Shown piece by piece: positions 14,159-27,225 of a stretch of DNA of 64,000 nt. How positions within the stretch are numbered: the first letter of the stretch is position 1; every line of letters starts with the position of its first letter. Origin of the DNA: Octopus sinensis (lineage: Eukaryota); the NCBI RefSeq assembly GCF_006345805.1, contig NW_021833081.1, positions 19,631 through 83,630 of the forward strand, in the 5' to 3' direction. The position numbers were made by a program, and so were the translations under genes. The notes beneath the pieces are model-generated. The model searched no databases. It saw only the letters and a list, made by a program, of their open reading frames with translations, and was not told where the DNA came from.

Positions 14159-14339
14159 GTTGTGCGAAAGCGATTACACCCAATTCTCCCTCAGATCACA
14201 CAACAGCATTTTCAGAAAAAGTTAATGTAACCGTTGGTGCACCTAACTAATGAGATGGTCACCGTTGGCATAGCTCTGATAATAGATTGAGTCGATGGAA
14301 AACAACGACAACAATAAGAACAATAACATACAGCCTGTG

Positions 14340-14575
14340 ATTTGTATTAATTGGTTTACAGCGGTTATAAATATATTGTTTATTTACAGTGTAGTTACTT
14401 CTAATACGCGGTTAGCCGCTTTAATAACGACCCTGGATCATATATGTTATCCTGCTGGTTTAATAAATATCTTATTTAATACATATTATCAAGCTGCTTT
14501 AATAAGAACCTTATTTAATATATCTTACCTGCTGGTTTAATAAACATCCTATTTAATCTGTGCCATCCTGTTGGC
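14340..14575. repeat. ~38-39 bp minisatellite, about 6 degenerate copies
   Basis: Repeated units like gctggtttaataaatatcttatttaatacatattatc. Confidence 0.7.
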
Positions 14576-15614
14576 TTTGTGAAGTCGCCATCATCAATTT
14601 AGAGAAATTTTATCGCTTCAAAAGTTCTCATTTAATTTCTCCTCTCGTACGTTCGTTCATGGCTTCATTCATTCGCCTCTCTTAACGCTAGAAATATTGC
14701 TGAACGGATATAAAGTCAGAGAGGAACAGAAAGACAATAACACAGAATTAAAAAAGGAACTATTTTTGGTTTGGGGAAAATAAAGTTTCTGGCAGTATCA
14801 GGGTGGGGGTGATGAACATTCACGTTTCATTAAAACACCATAAATATTAGTTAAACTAATTAAACAAATAATTTTTTTTTTGTGAGTCACATATTACGGC
14901 CGAAGCATGACTTGTACACAATGGAAACACGATTTATATAATACTGCTACACAGATGTGGACAAAATAATCACGTTTTGCACAGAATTTTAAATAAAAAA
15001 CAGCGGAATCGAAAAGATAATTAAAAATGGCGATTATTTATTGAAGTTTCCCCGTGATATTTTGCTGACTTTTTCCCAGTAACTTTTATTATGCAACTAT
15101 TTTTTCCTGGATGCACCATGTTCCTTCCACTCCACCTCTATTACTGATTCCAGTATTGTCATCCTTTGACTTATGGGACTTCTGAGACGAGAGGTCCAGT
15201 ATAACGCCGTTGATGTTGCAGTGGTCATTCTTGCCCTCGAAGACTCTTCTGTTTGTGTTTCATTGCTGTGTAGTTCATCGTGAAGTTGTTACTGTTTAAT
15301 TTAGGCTCGGCCCAAATGCCGCTCTAGCCGTGACCAGACCGTCATTTTGCATATCAGGGACCTAAGGGATCTCGGAGATTTATTATCTTGTGCGTCCTTC
15401 TTTTATTTAACAAGATTTCTGAGAGATTTACCTAATATTTCTAGTAAACCGAGAGATCAGAACGCGACTCGTTCACCTTTTCTTTTGTGTTAGAGTCATG
15501 TTGTGTTGCGCTACATTGATATGTTAAGTTGTGAGGTGTCTTGCGTTGTGAGACTCCACTATGTTCAGTCATCGATTATCACCGTTCTTCTATTGTGATA
15601 TATATTGTGTTGTA

Positions 15615-15826
15615 AGGCGGCGAGCTGGCAGAAATGTTAGCACACCGGGCGAAATGCTTACTAGTATTTCGTCTGCCGTTACGTTCTGAGTTCAAATTCC
15701 GCCGAGGTTGACTTGGCTTTCTATCCTTTGAAGGTCGATAAGTTAAATACCCCCTGTGTACTGTGGTTGCGCTAATCGACTGGCCCCTTCCCCTAAAATT
15801 TCAGGGCTTGTGCCTAGAGTAGAAAA
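15615..15826 (+). mobile_element. tRNA-derived SINE (family A)
   Basis: ggcggcgagctggcagaaatgttagcac...gagttcaaattccgccgagg (B-box GTTCAAATTCC), body, 3' tail cttgtgcctagagtagaaa. Confidence 0.85.
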
Positions 15827-15890
15827 GGATATATATTGTGCTGTGTTTTGTTAATCTCTATGTTGTATCATAATGTTTTACTATGTTGCC

Positions 15891-16070
15891 AGGCGGCGAG
15901 CTGGCAGAATCATTTGCACGCAGAGGGGTGGGGTCAAATGCTTAGCGGCATTTTGTCCGTCTTCACATACCGAGTTCAAATTCCGGCGAGAACGACTTAG
16001 CCTTTCGTCAATTCGCAGTCGATAAAATAAGTACCAGTTACGCACTGGGGTTGATTTAATCCACTCCGCC
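15891..16070 (+). mobile_element. tRNA-derived SINE (family A), second tandem copy
   Basis: ggcggcgagctggcagaa...gagttcaaattcc...gataaaataagtaccagttacgcactgggg. Confidence 0.8.
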
Positions 16071-16907
16071 CGCATCGATGTATTAATATGTTGCATCACT
16101 TCAGTCTTCAGTTCTTTTGCATTAATGTTCTGCAGCGATGCTCTGGTGCACCGTATATATTATTATGTTATGGCGAGTTATATAACCGTTGCTGCCATTT
16201 GTTATGTATGTCATATTATAAAGTAGATTGTCATCGTACACTATTAACTCTGTATACACTTTCTAATTATATATTCTCCAGTTCTGTGAAGGTCGTTCGG
16301 TTGTTTTCTGAAAAAATTACCATTTTTTTTCGCTTCCTAATTTATGTGCTTCATTTGTAGGCGAATATTCAGATAATCTTTTCACCAGAGAATAAAACAT
16401 CAAGACAAGTCGAGTCTCTGATGTCTCAAGTGTTTAATTTGGCTTGAAAGAAGATCTCTAATAATCTGCAAATACCTAACGTTGCATCACTTTGTTTTTG
16501 AGCGTGTGTGTGTGCGTCTGTGTGTGTGTGAGTGTAAGAGTGTTGCTTGTGTGTAATAATGCGTGTGTTTGTGTGTGTGTGTCAACCAGTATATTTCTTC
16601 ATTTCTTGTTCAGTTGACTTAAAGTCGGCCCAGTGCATTTTTAATAATTTACCGCTTTCCTTTGCTTGTTTTTCGTATAAAATTTCTCGACAAATTCGAT
16701 GTTTTCGTATTTATTTCCTGCTACCATTAGATGTTGGGTAACATCATCTGTTACCAAATCAGGACCAGAAATCTCTGGACTAATTGGATAATTATGTCTG
16801 CTCCCCTTCAGAGGAAACGTCCAGAACTTTCCAGAGATTTGATGGACGGGTCACTGTTTTTCCCCTTGCGGAAAAAATTATCGAAGCGTGTGTCTGTATA
16901 TACACGT

Positions 16908-16957
<50 letters not shown>

Positions 16958-17027
16958 GTATGTATGTAAGTATGTATGTAAGTATGTATATATACACACA
17001 TACATACGTATATACACACACACATTA

Positions 17028-17069
<42 letters not shown>

Positions 17070-17208
17070 GCATATATATATATACACATATATCTGTATA
17101 TGTATGTATATATGTATACATATATGTATGTGTGTGTATAAATATATATATACATATATATATATATATATTTGACTATATGTGTATGTGTGTATGTGAG
17201 TGTGAGTG

Positions 17209-17247
<39 letters not shown>

Positions 17248-17741
17248 TGGGAACTACTGATCGAATATCGAATAAACAGACAATGAATCGTAATAAAAGC
17301 CTGCTCCAGGCGACTAATATCAACATCAATCGGGATATTCCGGAGATTAATTTTGATTAAATAAAACTTGTGCGAAAGTGCCACCCGCTCTTATTGTTGC
17401 CATCGTTGTTGTTGTCGTTGTTGCTGTTGTTTTTGTTGTTGCTATTGATGTTGTTGCTGTTGCTGTTGCGGCTGTTGTTTGTTCAGGTTCTTTGTCATTG
17501 GTTTTGTTTCTCTGTAGCACGAGGTTAAAATGTACCACACCGCCCCCTCCTCCTCCCCTCCTCCTTTCCTCTACTCCTCCTTCTCCTCATCATCCTGCTC
17601 CTCCTTTTCCTCGCCTCGTCCTGGAATTTTTTCGCTGGACCTTCTGTCGGGCGAAAACTGGTTTCGTTTCATTTCTATTACTCTCAGTTAGTCTCTACCC
17701 CCACAATATCCCATTCCCACCAGTATAACTACTTTTGTTGC

Positions 17742-17774
<33 letters not shown>

Positions 17775-17777
<3 letters not shown>

Positions 17778-17978
17778 GACCTCGTGTGTACCGTTGGCGA
17801 TTTTTTTCCTCTGTCTTCCCTTCTCGGGATCTTTCCTTTCCTATGTTTCCGACGAAGAGTTCCGCTCGAAACGTTAAACCCTCCTTCTTTCCTTCTTTTC
17901 TGAGCGTCCAATAATACTTTATTTGTTCCACGTCTCGCGTTGTTGTGTTTTTTTGTGTTTTCTTGTTTGGATTAACTA
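17775..17978 (+). mobile_element. Short PLE pLTR-like element in (TA)n with minimal HHR-like core (17845-17879)
   Basis: gttt-CCGACGA-a-gagt-tcc-gctc-GAAA-C-GTT-aaac. Its 3' part (atttgttccacgtc...ttggattaact) recurs at ~8801-8858. Confidence 0.6.
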
Positions 17979-18005
17979 TATATATATATATTATTATATA
18001 TATAT

Positions 18006-18078
<73 letters not shown>

Positions 18079-18139
18079 TTATATATACTCACACATCCTT
18101 GTTACTTATTTACATTTTGTTCACCTAACTTCAAGCTAT

Positions 18140-18239
18140 ATTAGAAGCTATATTAGAAGACACTTGCTGCAGGTGCCCATACTGTGGGACTGAACTCGTG
18201 GTTGGAAAACAAGCTTCTTGCCACACAGCCACGGCCGCG

Positions 18240-18243
<4 letters not shown>
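18140..18243 (-). mobile_element. SINE family B head fragment
   Basis: Reverse complement ggcgcggccgtggctgtgtggcaagaagcttg...ttcagtcccac matches 12868-13027. Confidence 0.7.
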
Positions 18244-18275
<32 letters not shown>

Positions 18276-18405
18276 CATTCATACATATATATATACATAC
18301 ATACATACATATATATATACATATATATTACGTATATATATATATAATATATTAAATATATATTTCTATATCTATCTACCTTTCTATATATATATATATA
18401 CATAC

Positions 18406-18469
<64 letters not shown>

Positions 18470-18966
18470 TTGTTATGTCCCCATCTACTTTGCATATCTG
18501 CACACATTCTCCTCCCAATCCGCTCCACTCCCCCACTCCTCTAATTAGTTTGTCTGTTGTAATTACTCCATATTTAACTGATTGTAATCTCATTTGCATA
18601 ATAGCTTTACATTTATGCTTCTTCTAATTTCCGTCAGTGTCCTATGTATTATTTATATATACACATCGCATTAAGTAGAAAAACATACATACCTACATAC
18701 ATATATACATTAATATATATTATAAACACGCACATGCAGTCATATATATACATATATATATACACTTGTCTTTACATACATATATACATGCAGACAGAAG
18801 TACATAGAGGTACACATACGAAAAAGGTATTTGTACACACACGTTCCAACTTTATGAATATTTTTTTAATTTCGCTACTGTCACATTGTTTTATTTCATT
18901 TCACTATATAAACACATATATTCATAAACAAATGTACAACTGTGTGTATATATACTTATACGTCTG

Positions 18967-19052
<86 letters not shown>

Positions 19053-19512
19053 CCTATATATCTATCTGTCTATCTATCAATCTATCTCTCTCTCCCTATC
19101 TATCTCTATCTCTCTCTCTATCTTTCCTGCTTTACGCATTCATACGTACACATTCACACGCATACACATACATACACATACACATATATATACACGCACA
19201 TATATATATACACACAGATATATATATATATATGTATGTATGTAAGTATGTATTATGGATGGATGGGTGTGTGTACGTACGCACACTACTGAAGTGTTTG
19301 CGTGTTGAATCAGGCTTCGTGATTATTCTTGAGGAAACAGCCTGAGTATATTATGTCTTTGTGTCTAAGTAGTTCAGAGGAGCAGAAGCAGTTGTAGTAG
19401 AGGCAGAACAAGCAGCGTGAGGATACGATAAACGTGTGAGTTTTTTGCCTGGCGTGCGAACGAGTCTGCAGGCTCACCGCCTTAATCCAAAGAAATATTA
19501 ATATTTTTTTTA

Positions 19513-19677
19513 TGGGCGCAAGCATGACCCTGTAGTAAGAAGGTTGCTTGCCAGCCATATGGCTCCGGGTTCAGTCCCACTTCGTGATATCTTGGGCAAG
19601 TGCCTTCTACCACACCCCCAAGGGAACCAAAGGGTTATGAGTGGAATCGGTAGATGGAAACGTGAAGCAGCCCGTTG
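19513..19677 (+). mobile_element. SINE family B head
   Basis: gggcgcaagcatgaccctgtagtaagaagg...ccgggttcagtcccac...ttgggcaagtgccttctac...gagtggaatcggtagatggaaac. Confidence 0.75.
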
Positions 19678-19782
19678 TAAATGCATACATACATACATAC
19701 ATACATACATACATACATACATACATACATACATACATACGTACGTACGTACGCACGTACGTATACATGCATGCATACAGTA

Positions 19783-20100
19783 TAGCTGTCCACTCGTGAC
19801 CGAAAAAGACCATCAATGACCATTAAGTGATTCTGCTAGTGACTAATGAGTGAAGCTTTTGATTGACATATACGTCCGCAAATATTGCAGACCAAGCTTC
19901 CTCGCCGTTCAATCATTCACTGGTGTTGCGTTTTCGAGCATCTCACTTAAGGTCATTATGGAAAATGCATGTTTCTTCAAAAAATCAATTCCTTCCTTTC
20001 CTTGTTTCTTCCCATTGGTGGCGATGACAAGCATCGCTTTCCCATCTGTCCTGCCAACTCTCACAAGCATTCAACGAGGACAATTCACAATCCTTAAGCT
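19783..20100 (-). mobile_element. Decayed RTE LINE 3' end
   Basis: Minus strand gives C2H2-like CNICGRICQSKASLISH followed by a short 3' UTR and a microsatellite tail. Confidence 0.65.
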
Positions 20101-20149
20101 GTACATACATACATGCATACATACATACGTGTGTATGTACATATGAACC

Positions 20150-20790
20150 TCGGAACTGTCTGCATTCAATAAAACAGTGGCCTACAATGTGTTTGCAGCG
20201 CCTTAGCCACTCATAATAATAAGGAGTGCTGGTGGAATGTGCCGCTGAATACCTCAATAAAAAATGAACCTAATAGACCTGACATAGTGATTTGAGATAG
20301 GGAATAAAAGCTGTGTGCAGTTGTGGAAATAAGGCATAGGGTCTTCAAGCATTCACCCTCTTGACCCATGGGAGCACTAACTCCTTCAGGCACTTGATAT
20401 AGGCCCCCATATTGAATCTGAGGTCGTGTGGGAAGATGAATGGAGACATAACGTCACCATTACTAATGATCACTCCAAATGCCATGATGTAGACTGGATG
20501 TTTGATTATTGTTGCTATCGGCACATGTTTTGGGGGCACGGTAAGCCAACGGTTGTTCTGTGTGTTCACCATCTGTTCATATTGGAGATTCTGGCGCGAA
20601 TGCCAAGGAGTAGAGCAGGTCGTTTCCAAATTTCTGCCAGAGAGAATTGCGTCATGGGTGCTGTTTTTCACACTGACTGTACCCAACTGACCCTTCTAAG
20701 TTGTGCAGTCGACAAAATCAAAAAGAAACAATGCGCATGTGCGGAATTAAAAGATATGAAACGGCAACGGTTTACCTATCTCACACTGTG
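20150..20790 (-). mobile_element. Internally deleted DD37D (maT-type) Tc1/mariner-superfamily transposon remnant
   Basis: ORF 20345-20686: NTQNNRWL...KHPVYIMAFGVIISNGDVMSPFIFPHDLRFNMGAYIKCLKELVLPWVK, typical DD37D catalytic-domain segment. Confidence 0.8.
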
Positions 20791-20896
20791 TGTGTATATA
20801 TATGTGTATATATATGCATGTATTGTGTGTATGTTGTATGTATGTATGTATGTATGTGTATAATATATATATATATATTATATATATAAATATAAA

Positions 20897-20938
<42 letters not shown>

Positions 20939-21277
20939 TATATATAATATATATGCATGTATGTATCTGTAAGCATGAATACTTCCACACGTATATGGCT
21001 ATGAATGATTGTGCGTGTGCACAAGCGCGCGGACGTAGTGTATGTGCGTGTGAGCAGGTGCGCGCTTGTTCGTATGTGCATACAAACACGCGTGGAAGTA
21101 AGAACACACACATGTCTCAGAGGTCATCCAGGTCGTTGTACAGAATTCCAACCTGAAACCAATCTTGGGGACGACAACCACTCACTACCGTCCGACGAAT
21201 GAGTTACTCGGAGTAACGACCTCAATATTATCAATCGAATATATGAATACAATTTGTCCTTCCCGCCGCCATATATC

Positions 21278-21369
<92 letters not shown>

Positions 21370-21488
21370 ATGTATCTATTTATATATTATATATATATAT
21401 GTTGTATCTATTTCTATATTTATATACTATGTGTGCATATATATATATTGTCTCTAATTTAATATAATATATATATATTATATATATA

Positions 21489-21526
<38 letters not shown>

Positions 21527-22044
21527 GTATGTGCATATCTATCTCTATATAAATTATATATATACATACATACAATATATGTCCATATATATATATATAG
21601 ATGTCCATACATACGCACATACATATATAAATTTTTGCCTTATGAAAATGATAATAAAACAAAGTACAAGAAGAATAAGAATATTCATCAAATTAATAAT
21701 TTACGTGTGTTTATGTATATACGTGTGTATAGTAAAAGAGACATGAATTGATGGGTGTATATACTGAAATTGAAAAGCTTGACAAATCAGATTAGAGAAA
21801 TGATTGACAGTTTCAGATTAGGTAACAAGAATTTTCTTGTCTGACAAGATGGCTGGCCTGGCTGCAGACGACGTCTGCACACGCTGCCCCTGACACACAC
21901 ACAGATACGATAGCGCTCTGTGTACAGTCTGTGTACGGATTTATCTGATGTATTCCTCTCCTCTCACATTGTCTCTCTCTCTCTCCAAACACACACACAT
22001 ACATGCATATATGTATATGTATGTCATATATGTATATATATATA

Positions 22045-22080
<36 letters not shown>

Positions 22081-22110
22081 GCGAGAAAGAAGCAACAAGA
22101 ATGGATAGGT

Positions 22111-22201
22111 TTTTAGTACAATCGTTTCATACAAGGACAGGCTTTATTAAAAGTTGCAAAAATTACAGCATATAAACGTGTCCCGTACTCATCAGCTAAA
22201 A
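22111..22201 (-). ncRNA. Type I hammerhead ribozyme with intact core in the inverted pLTR
   Basis: Minus strand: ttttag-CTGATGA-gtacgggaca...tgtccttgtat-GAAA-C-GATT-G-TA-ctaaaa. 6 bp stem I, ~10 bp stem II, GUA cleavage triplet. Confidence 0.75.
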
Positions 22202-22206
22202 TACAT

Positions 22207-22539
22207 GTGAGTACCATATCCACGGAGAATAACAAATATTTTTACAGTGGATGTACAATTAATTTTCTAGCCAGAGTTAGAAATCACATCTCGTCTTTTA
22301 AATTACGTCATAAAGCTGGTACCACCACACTTTCAAACAAAATCTGGGAACTCAAAAATAATAATAATAATTATAACCTTAATTGGGAAATAGTTAGGAG
22401 AGCAATTCCGTATAAAAATAGTAGGGTTGGTTGCCAACTATGCTCCATGGAGACGTATGAAATTCTAAAGCATAGAAAACATAGAAACTTATTGAATAAC
22501 CATATCGAACTAGGTCAAGTTGTGTCCACGCTAAATTGA
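22207..22539 (+). pseudogene. GIY-YIG endonuclease C-terminal part of a PLE ORF (N-truncated, frameshifted near the end)
   Basis: YFYSGCT..F..R.RNH.SSF...TTLSNKIWELK...YNLNWEIV...Y...CQLCSME.YEIL...LLN. A frameshift after HIEL restores SSCVH, completing a CxxC...CxH Zn finger. Confidence 0.85.
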
Positions 22540-24002
22540 AGACTTTAAAATATTTTAAATGATTAGAATATTCGTAACTAGATAGATAGATAGATATAAC
22601 TTGATTTTTACTAGTATAGCACTGCTTTAAGTAGATAACTAAGAGTTCTCACACTACAGTTATCTTTTTCCTTATATCTGCATCAGTTTTTTGAGAACAG
22701 GGAAATGAATAGTACTTATACGCTGCTTAATTGAGGCTTTATTTAATTTCAAACTCATAATTTTAAATCTAATTGTAATTTTTAATTTTAATTCTTAACT
22801 TAATCTAATTTAAGTAGCATAACTTTAATAAAATAAAATGAGTTACTAAAGCCCCATAATTCTATTTCAAAATTAAATAAATAAGGCTACTCCCTCGGTG
22901 ATAATATGATTATCTTCATTATGATAGACAATTCCCTAACACCTTGTAAATGATCTTCTAAGATTTGACCTGTAGTCCGTCAATGTATGAATAATAACGG
23001 CAACTCCTTAAGACAATAAAATGAATAAATTAAATAAATAAATTTTAATGACTTTTTGATAAGATTATGCTTAGATTTTCCTAATGGATTTTCTTTTGAT
23101 TTTAGCCTCTGACCCCTAAACCCCTGACCGTGTTATCTCTTTAGATTCTCTTTAAATTCATAGCTGATTTCAACAGCAATAAATTAGCTGTTTTACTGGT
23201 CAAAGAATAATATTCTCCTCTAGTTCCTAGATGCCTGTAAATTAAAACCAGATTTGCCGTCTACTAATTCTTCTGTATAACTAGAACCCTCTTTTTTTCT
23301 TTTTCTTTTTTTTCCCTTCTTTCCCTATTTCTTTCTCTTTTCTCTTTTTTCTTTTTCTTCTTCTTATTCTCTTTTTCCTTTTCTCTTCTCTTTTAGTCCC
23401 CCCCTTTTTGCTCCCTCCTCCTTTATTTTCTCTCTTTTCTTCTCTTCCCTTCCCTTTTCTGTTCTTTGCCTCTCTAGAAAGCCCTTCAGCCTTTAAAAGT
23501 TAAATAGCTACAGCCTCTTGTAAATAGCAGTAATGTGATTAATGTGGCAAATACCTAATCATATAACAAGAATTGATACCTACCTCATTGTGTTCAACCA
23601 TTGATAAATTTATCGCCTGTGAATATGAAATTCCTCTTCATTTCTCTGGAAATTTACATCTACACCATTGGAAATTGTGCATCTATACAAAGGATTAATT
23701 CACCCTCTCTGTAATGCTAATAAGCAGGAATTGAGACCCACCTCGTTGTGATTAACAATGGATAAATTTGTCGTCTGTGAGTATGTAATCCCTCCTCATA
23801 TCTCTGGAAATTCATATGTGCACTATGGATTAGGTCACCTTCTCTGTGATGCTATTAAAACTTTTTTAAAATTCTGTGATAAGACTGTACATCATCTTTA
23901 AAGAACTTTAATGAACTTTGGAAATCTGTTTATGTTACTTAATTATCTACATTACTTCATGAGTATAGCCTCAACCACTAGGATGTCTAGAGAACTCACA
24001 TG

Positions 24003-24093
24003 TTTTAGGTGATGAGTACGGGACACGTTTATATGCTGTAATTTTTGCAACTTTTAATAAAGCCTGTCCTTGTATGAAACGATTGTACTAAAA
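24003..24093 (+). ncRNA. HHR copy in the 3' pLTR with mutated core (GTGATGA)
   Basis: Matches the 22111-22201 copy except CTGATGA>GTGATGA at 24009. Confidence 0.65.
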
Positions 24094-24245
24094 ACCTATC
24101 CATTCTTGTTGCTTCTTTCTCGCTTATAATCACCCCACATTACTGTATTGTTAAAACAGTATAGTTTTTTTTTGGTGCATCTAAGTTAGGTACCATATTC
24201 AAGTAAATTCATTTAAATTAACTTGAATCTTTATTGCTTTTTATA

Positions 24246-24282
<37 letters not shown>

Positions 24283-24464
24283 GTGTGTGTCCGTGTCTGC
24301 GTCTGTGTATATACAAATGTGTATGCATACATATATGTAATTTTGAAGTTATTGGCAGTAACTTCGAAGTGTCTCGAGGTGTTCGACTCGTTAGAGTACC
24401 CAGTGGACATATGCATGCATTCACCCATATACATGCACTCATTTATACACACACACACACACAC

Positions 24465-24499
<35 letters not shown>

Positions 24500-24535
24500 T
24501 TTCATAGATATGTGTGTTTTAGATGTTTGTATATG

Positions 24536-24583
<48 letters not shown>

Positions 24584-25439
24584 TATACTAAAGTTATATA
24601 TACATAGATGAGTGTTTATTTGTGCTAATGTGTCTGCACATACATATATACACCAAAGTGAATGAAGTTTGATGAGCCTGTATATGCGCGTTTGTATTAC
24701 ACACACACGCACACACACACACGCACACACACACACGCACATACATGTATACACACATGCATACACACATGCATACATACACATATATGTATATGTATAT
24801 TAGCGTATATATATATACATACTACACACACACATATATATATATATGTATGTGTATAAACGCACACAATCTATAATATATACATATTAATGTACATCGT
24901 TAGATGTGAATATGTTAAGATCGATAAATTCTAGATATCATAAAAGACGTAATTCTTTATCTAAAATTATGAATAAGTCTGTAACGAAACATTAGATATT
25001 GACTTCCATATAAACAGTCTGACCGAGAAATCACGTGTTGTGCTCGTGGCTTCAACGAAGCTGATGAGACCTAACAAGTTCCAAAACCGCTATCTTTTGC
25101 TTCACAGATCAGATGCAGTTCTGCCTAAGGCACAGATCTTTAAAGTTAGTTCGTGAAAGGCCAGAAATATAATCTGTTTCTGATGTTAATTAATGCTTAC
25201 GCATGCTCTCTGCTGCCTCACGTATTTTCTTTGGTGCACACTGATGGCTAAAAATAAGCCGCCACCGTTTGATAGCTTCGGCATGTTTTACATATCGGTT
25301 AACGCTGCACAACGATTCCAGAAAGACCAGTGATTGCTATTTCCCACCTATGTAGCCGGACTTTTTATACACACACGCACACGCACACGCACATACACAC
25401 ACACACACACCATGCACACACACACGCACGCACACACAT

Positions 25440-25760
25440 TCCGGTTCGGAATTTCTGGAACCACAGTTGACACTGGCTTACGCTTATTATCAAATCCCCA
25501 TACACTGCATTAATATTCCTCGCAGTTTCCGTTGTGTTGTTGCCTTTATTGAACTCATAAAGCAAAATATACCAAATATGTCCCTTTGTCACTTCCATTA
25601 TAGCTTTGAAAAAATAACTGTTAAAATTGAACTGTACTCTTCAAAACTTTTCACTAAGAATAAGAAGAGTGTAACATTACTATCTACTTTCATAGCAAGT
25701 TGATGCAGGTGGTTTATCCTGCCCCCCTCCGACTTTTAGTTCATGCAATTGAAAAGACCT
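25440..25760 (-). mobile_element. mariner transposon 5' remnant (HTH N-terminus)
   Basis: MEVTKGHIWYILLYEFNKGNNTTETARNINAVYGDLIISVSQCQLWFQKFRTG, the Mos1/Hsmar-type paired-like HTH. Confidence 0.85.
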
Positions 25761-25866
25761 TCTTTTACTTGTTTCAATTCAGTCAGTCAATCAATCAATC
25801 AATCAATCAATCAACCAATCAATCAGGCAATCAATCAATCAATCGATTAATCAATCTATCTCTCCA

Positions 25867-25919
<53 letters not shown>

Positions 25920-26275
25920 ATCTCTCTATCTATCAATCTGTTTGTGTGTCTGCCTGCCTGTCTGTCTGTGTGTCTGTCTATGTAAAGCCAATATATATTC
26001 AAAAGACAGAAAATAAATAACAAAGTTTCACAAATATGGTATTAGCACACGCGCGCGCGCATTTATTTATGTGTGTGCCTATATTTTTATATATATCTAT
26101 GTTAGATATGTATAATATATAAATTTGTTTACATGTATGTATGTATGTATATATATATATATATATATGCGTGTGAATGTGTGTGAGCGTGTGTGTGTGT
26201 GTGTATACATACACATTCATATGCACATACATATATACATATATATCTATATTCCTCTCTCCATGTGTCTATCTG

Positions 26276-26306
<31 letters not shown>

Positions 26307-26838
26307 GTACACACACATAGATTTGTCCGTACGTTCAGCTTCCGGAATCAGTTCAGCCTCTCCCCGCCTCCTGCACCAATGTAAACACACCTAAACAGAT
26401 TAATGTGTGTGTGTGTGTATATGTGAGTATATGTAAGTGTGAACACCAGAACACGTGACTGTTATGTATGCAAACGTGATTGTGTGCGCATGTGCAACTG
26501 TTGGTGTGCGTGCGTGTGTATACGAGCGAACAGGCGATGCTACATGCCTGTTTGCTAGGACAAGCCGTATATATTTTTGATTATTTTTCACGCGCAGCCC
26601 AGCCCAGGAATAACAGTTATGGCGGCCGCACGTATTTATCGCCCTCTGGAGTATCATATCTCTCAATGAAATTAGATCGTCTCTATAAAAATAGCCAATA
26701 CACCGGAGACATATACGAGCACGTCTCTGACCTTCACAACAATGATGTGGCTGGAGCGGTGTTGGGGGCTGTCTGTGTGTATGCTCGTACACGTGTATGT
26801 ATACGTATGTATGTATGTATACGTATGTATGTATGTGC

Positions 26839-26890
<52 letters not shown>

Positions 26891-27188
26891 TTTATCTCAC
26901 CCACTCTCTCTCTCTCTGTCTCTCTCTCGCTCTTATGTTTATCTATCTCTCTCTATCTATCTGTATGTGTGTATGTAAATGAGTATGTCTGTGTATGTAG
27001 GTGTGTACTTGATGTGTGTGGGTGTTTATGTGCATAAGTGTACATGTGTGTCTGAGCATGCGCACTTGTATTAATAGTGACAAAGGGAATGAGAGTGGTT
27101 TCTCTTCGTATGTTTACTTGTATCTGTGTGTATGTAAGTATATATGTGCATATTTATACACATATATATTACATATATGAAATATAAA

Positions 27189-27225
<37 letters not shown>

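Larger units (their letters stand above)
22081..24123 (+). mobile_element. 5'-truncated Penelope-like retroelement with inverted terminal pLTRs, inserted in (TA)n
   Basis: ~130 bp near-perfect inverted repeats (22081-22211 / 23994-24123), each with an HHR motif. GIY-YIG remnant at 22207-22539. Confidence 0.85.

Noticed and set aside
15615-15720. tRNA genes at SINE heads
   Set aside because: A/B boxes run directly into a shared SINE body and no full cloverleaf could be drawn.
22540-22620. SECIS element downstream of the PLE ORF
   Set aside because: ATGA...AA...GA is present but helix II does not pair, and there is no in-frame UGA at a Cys position in the retained ORF.
25057-25100. CTGATGA-gacct..agttc-caaaac HHR-like motif
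   Set aside because: The GAAA box and stem II are both broken.
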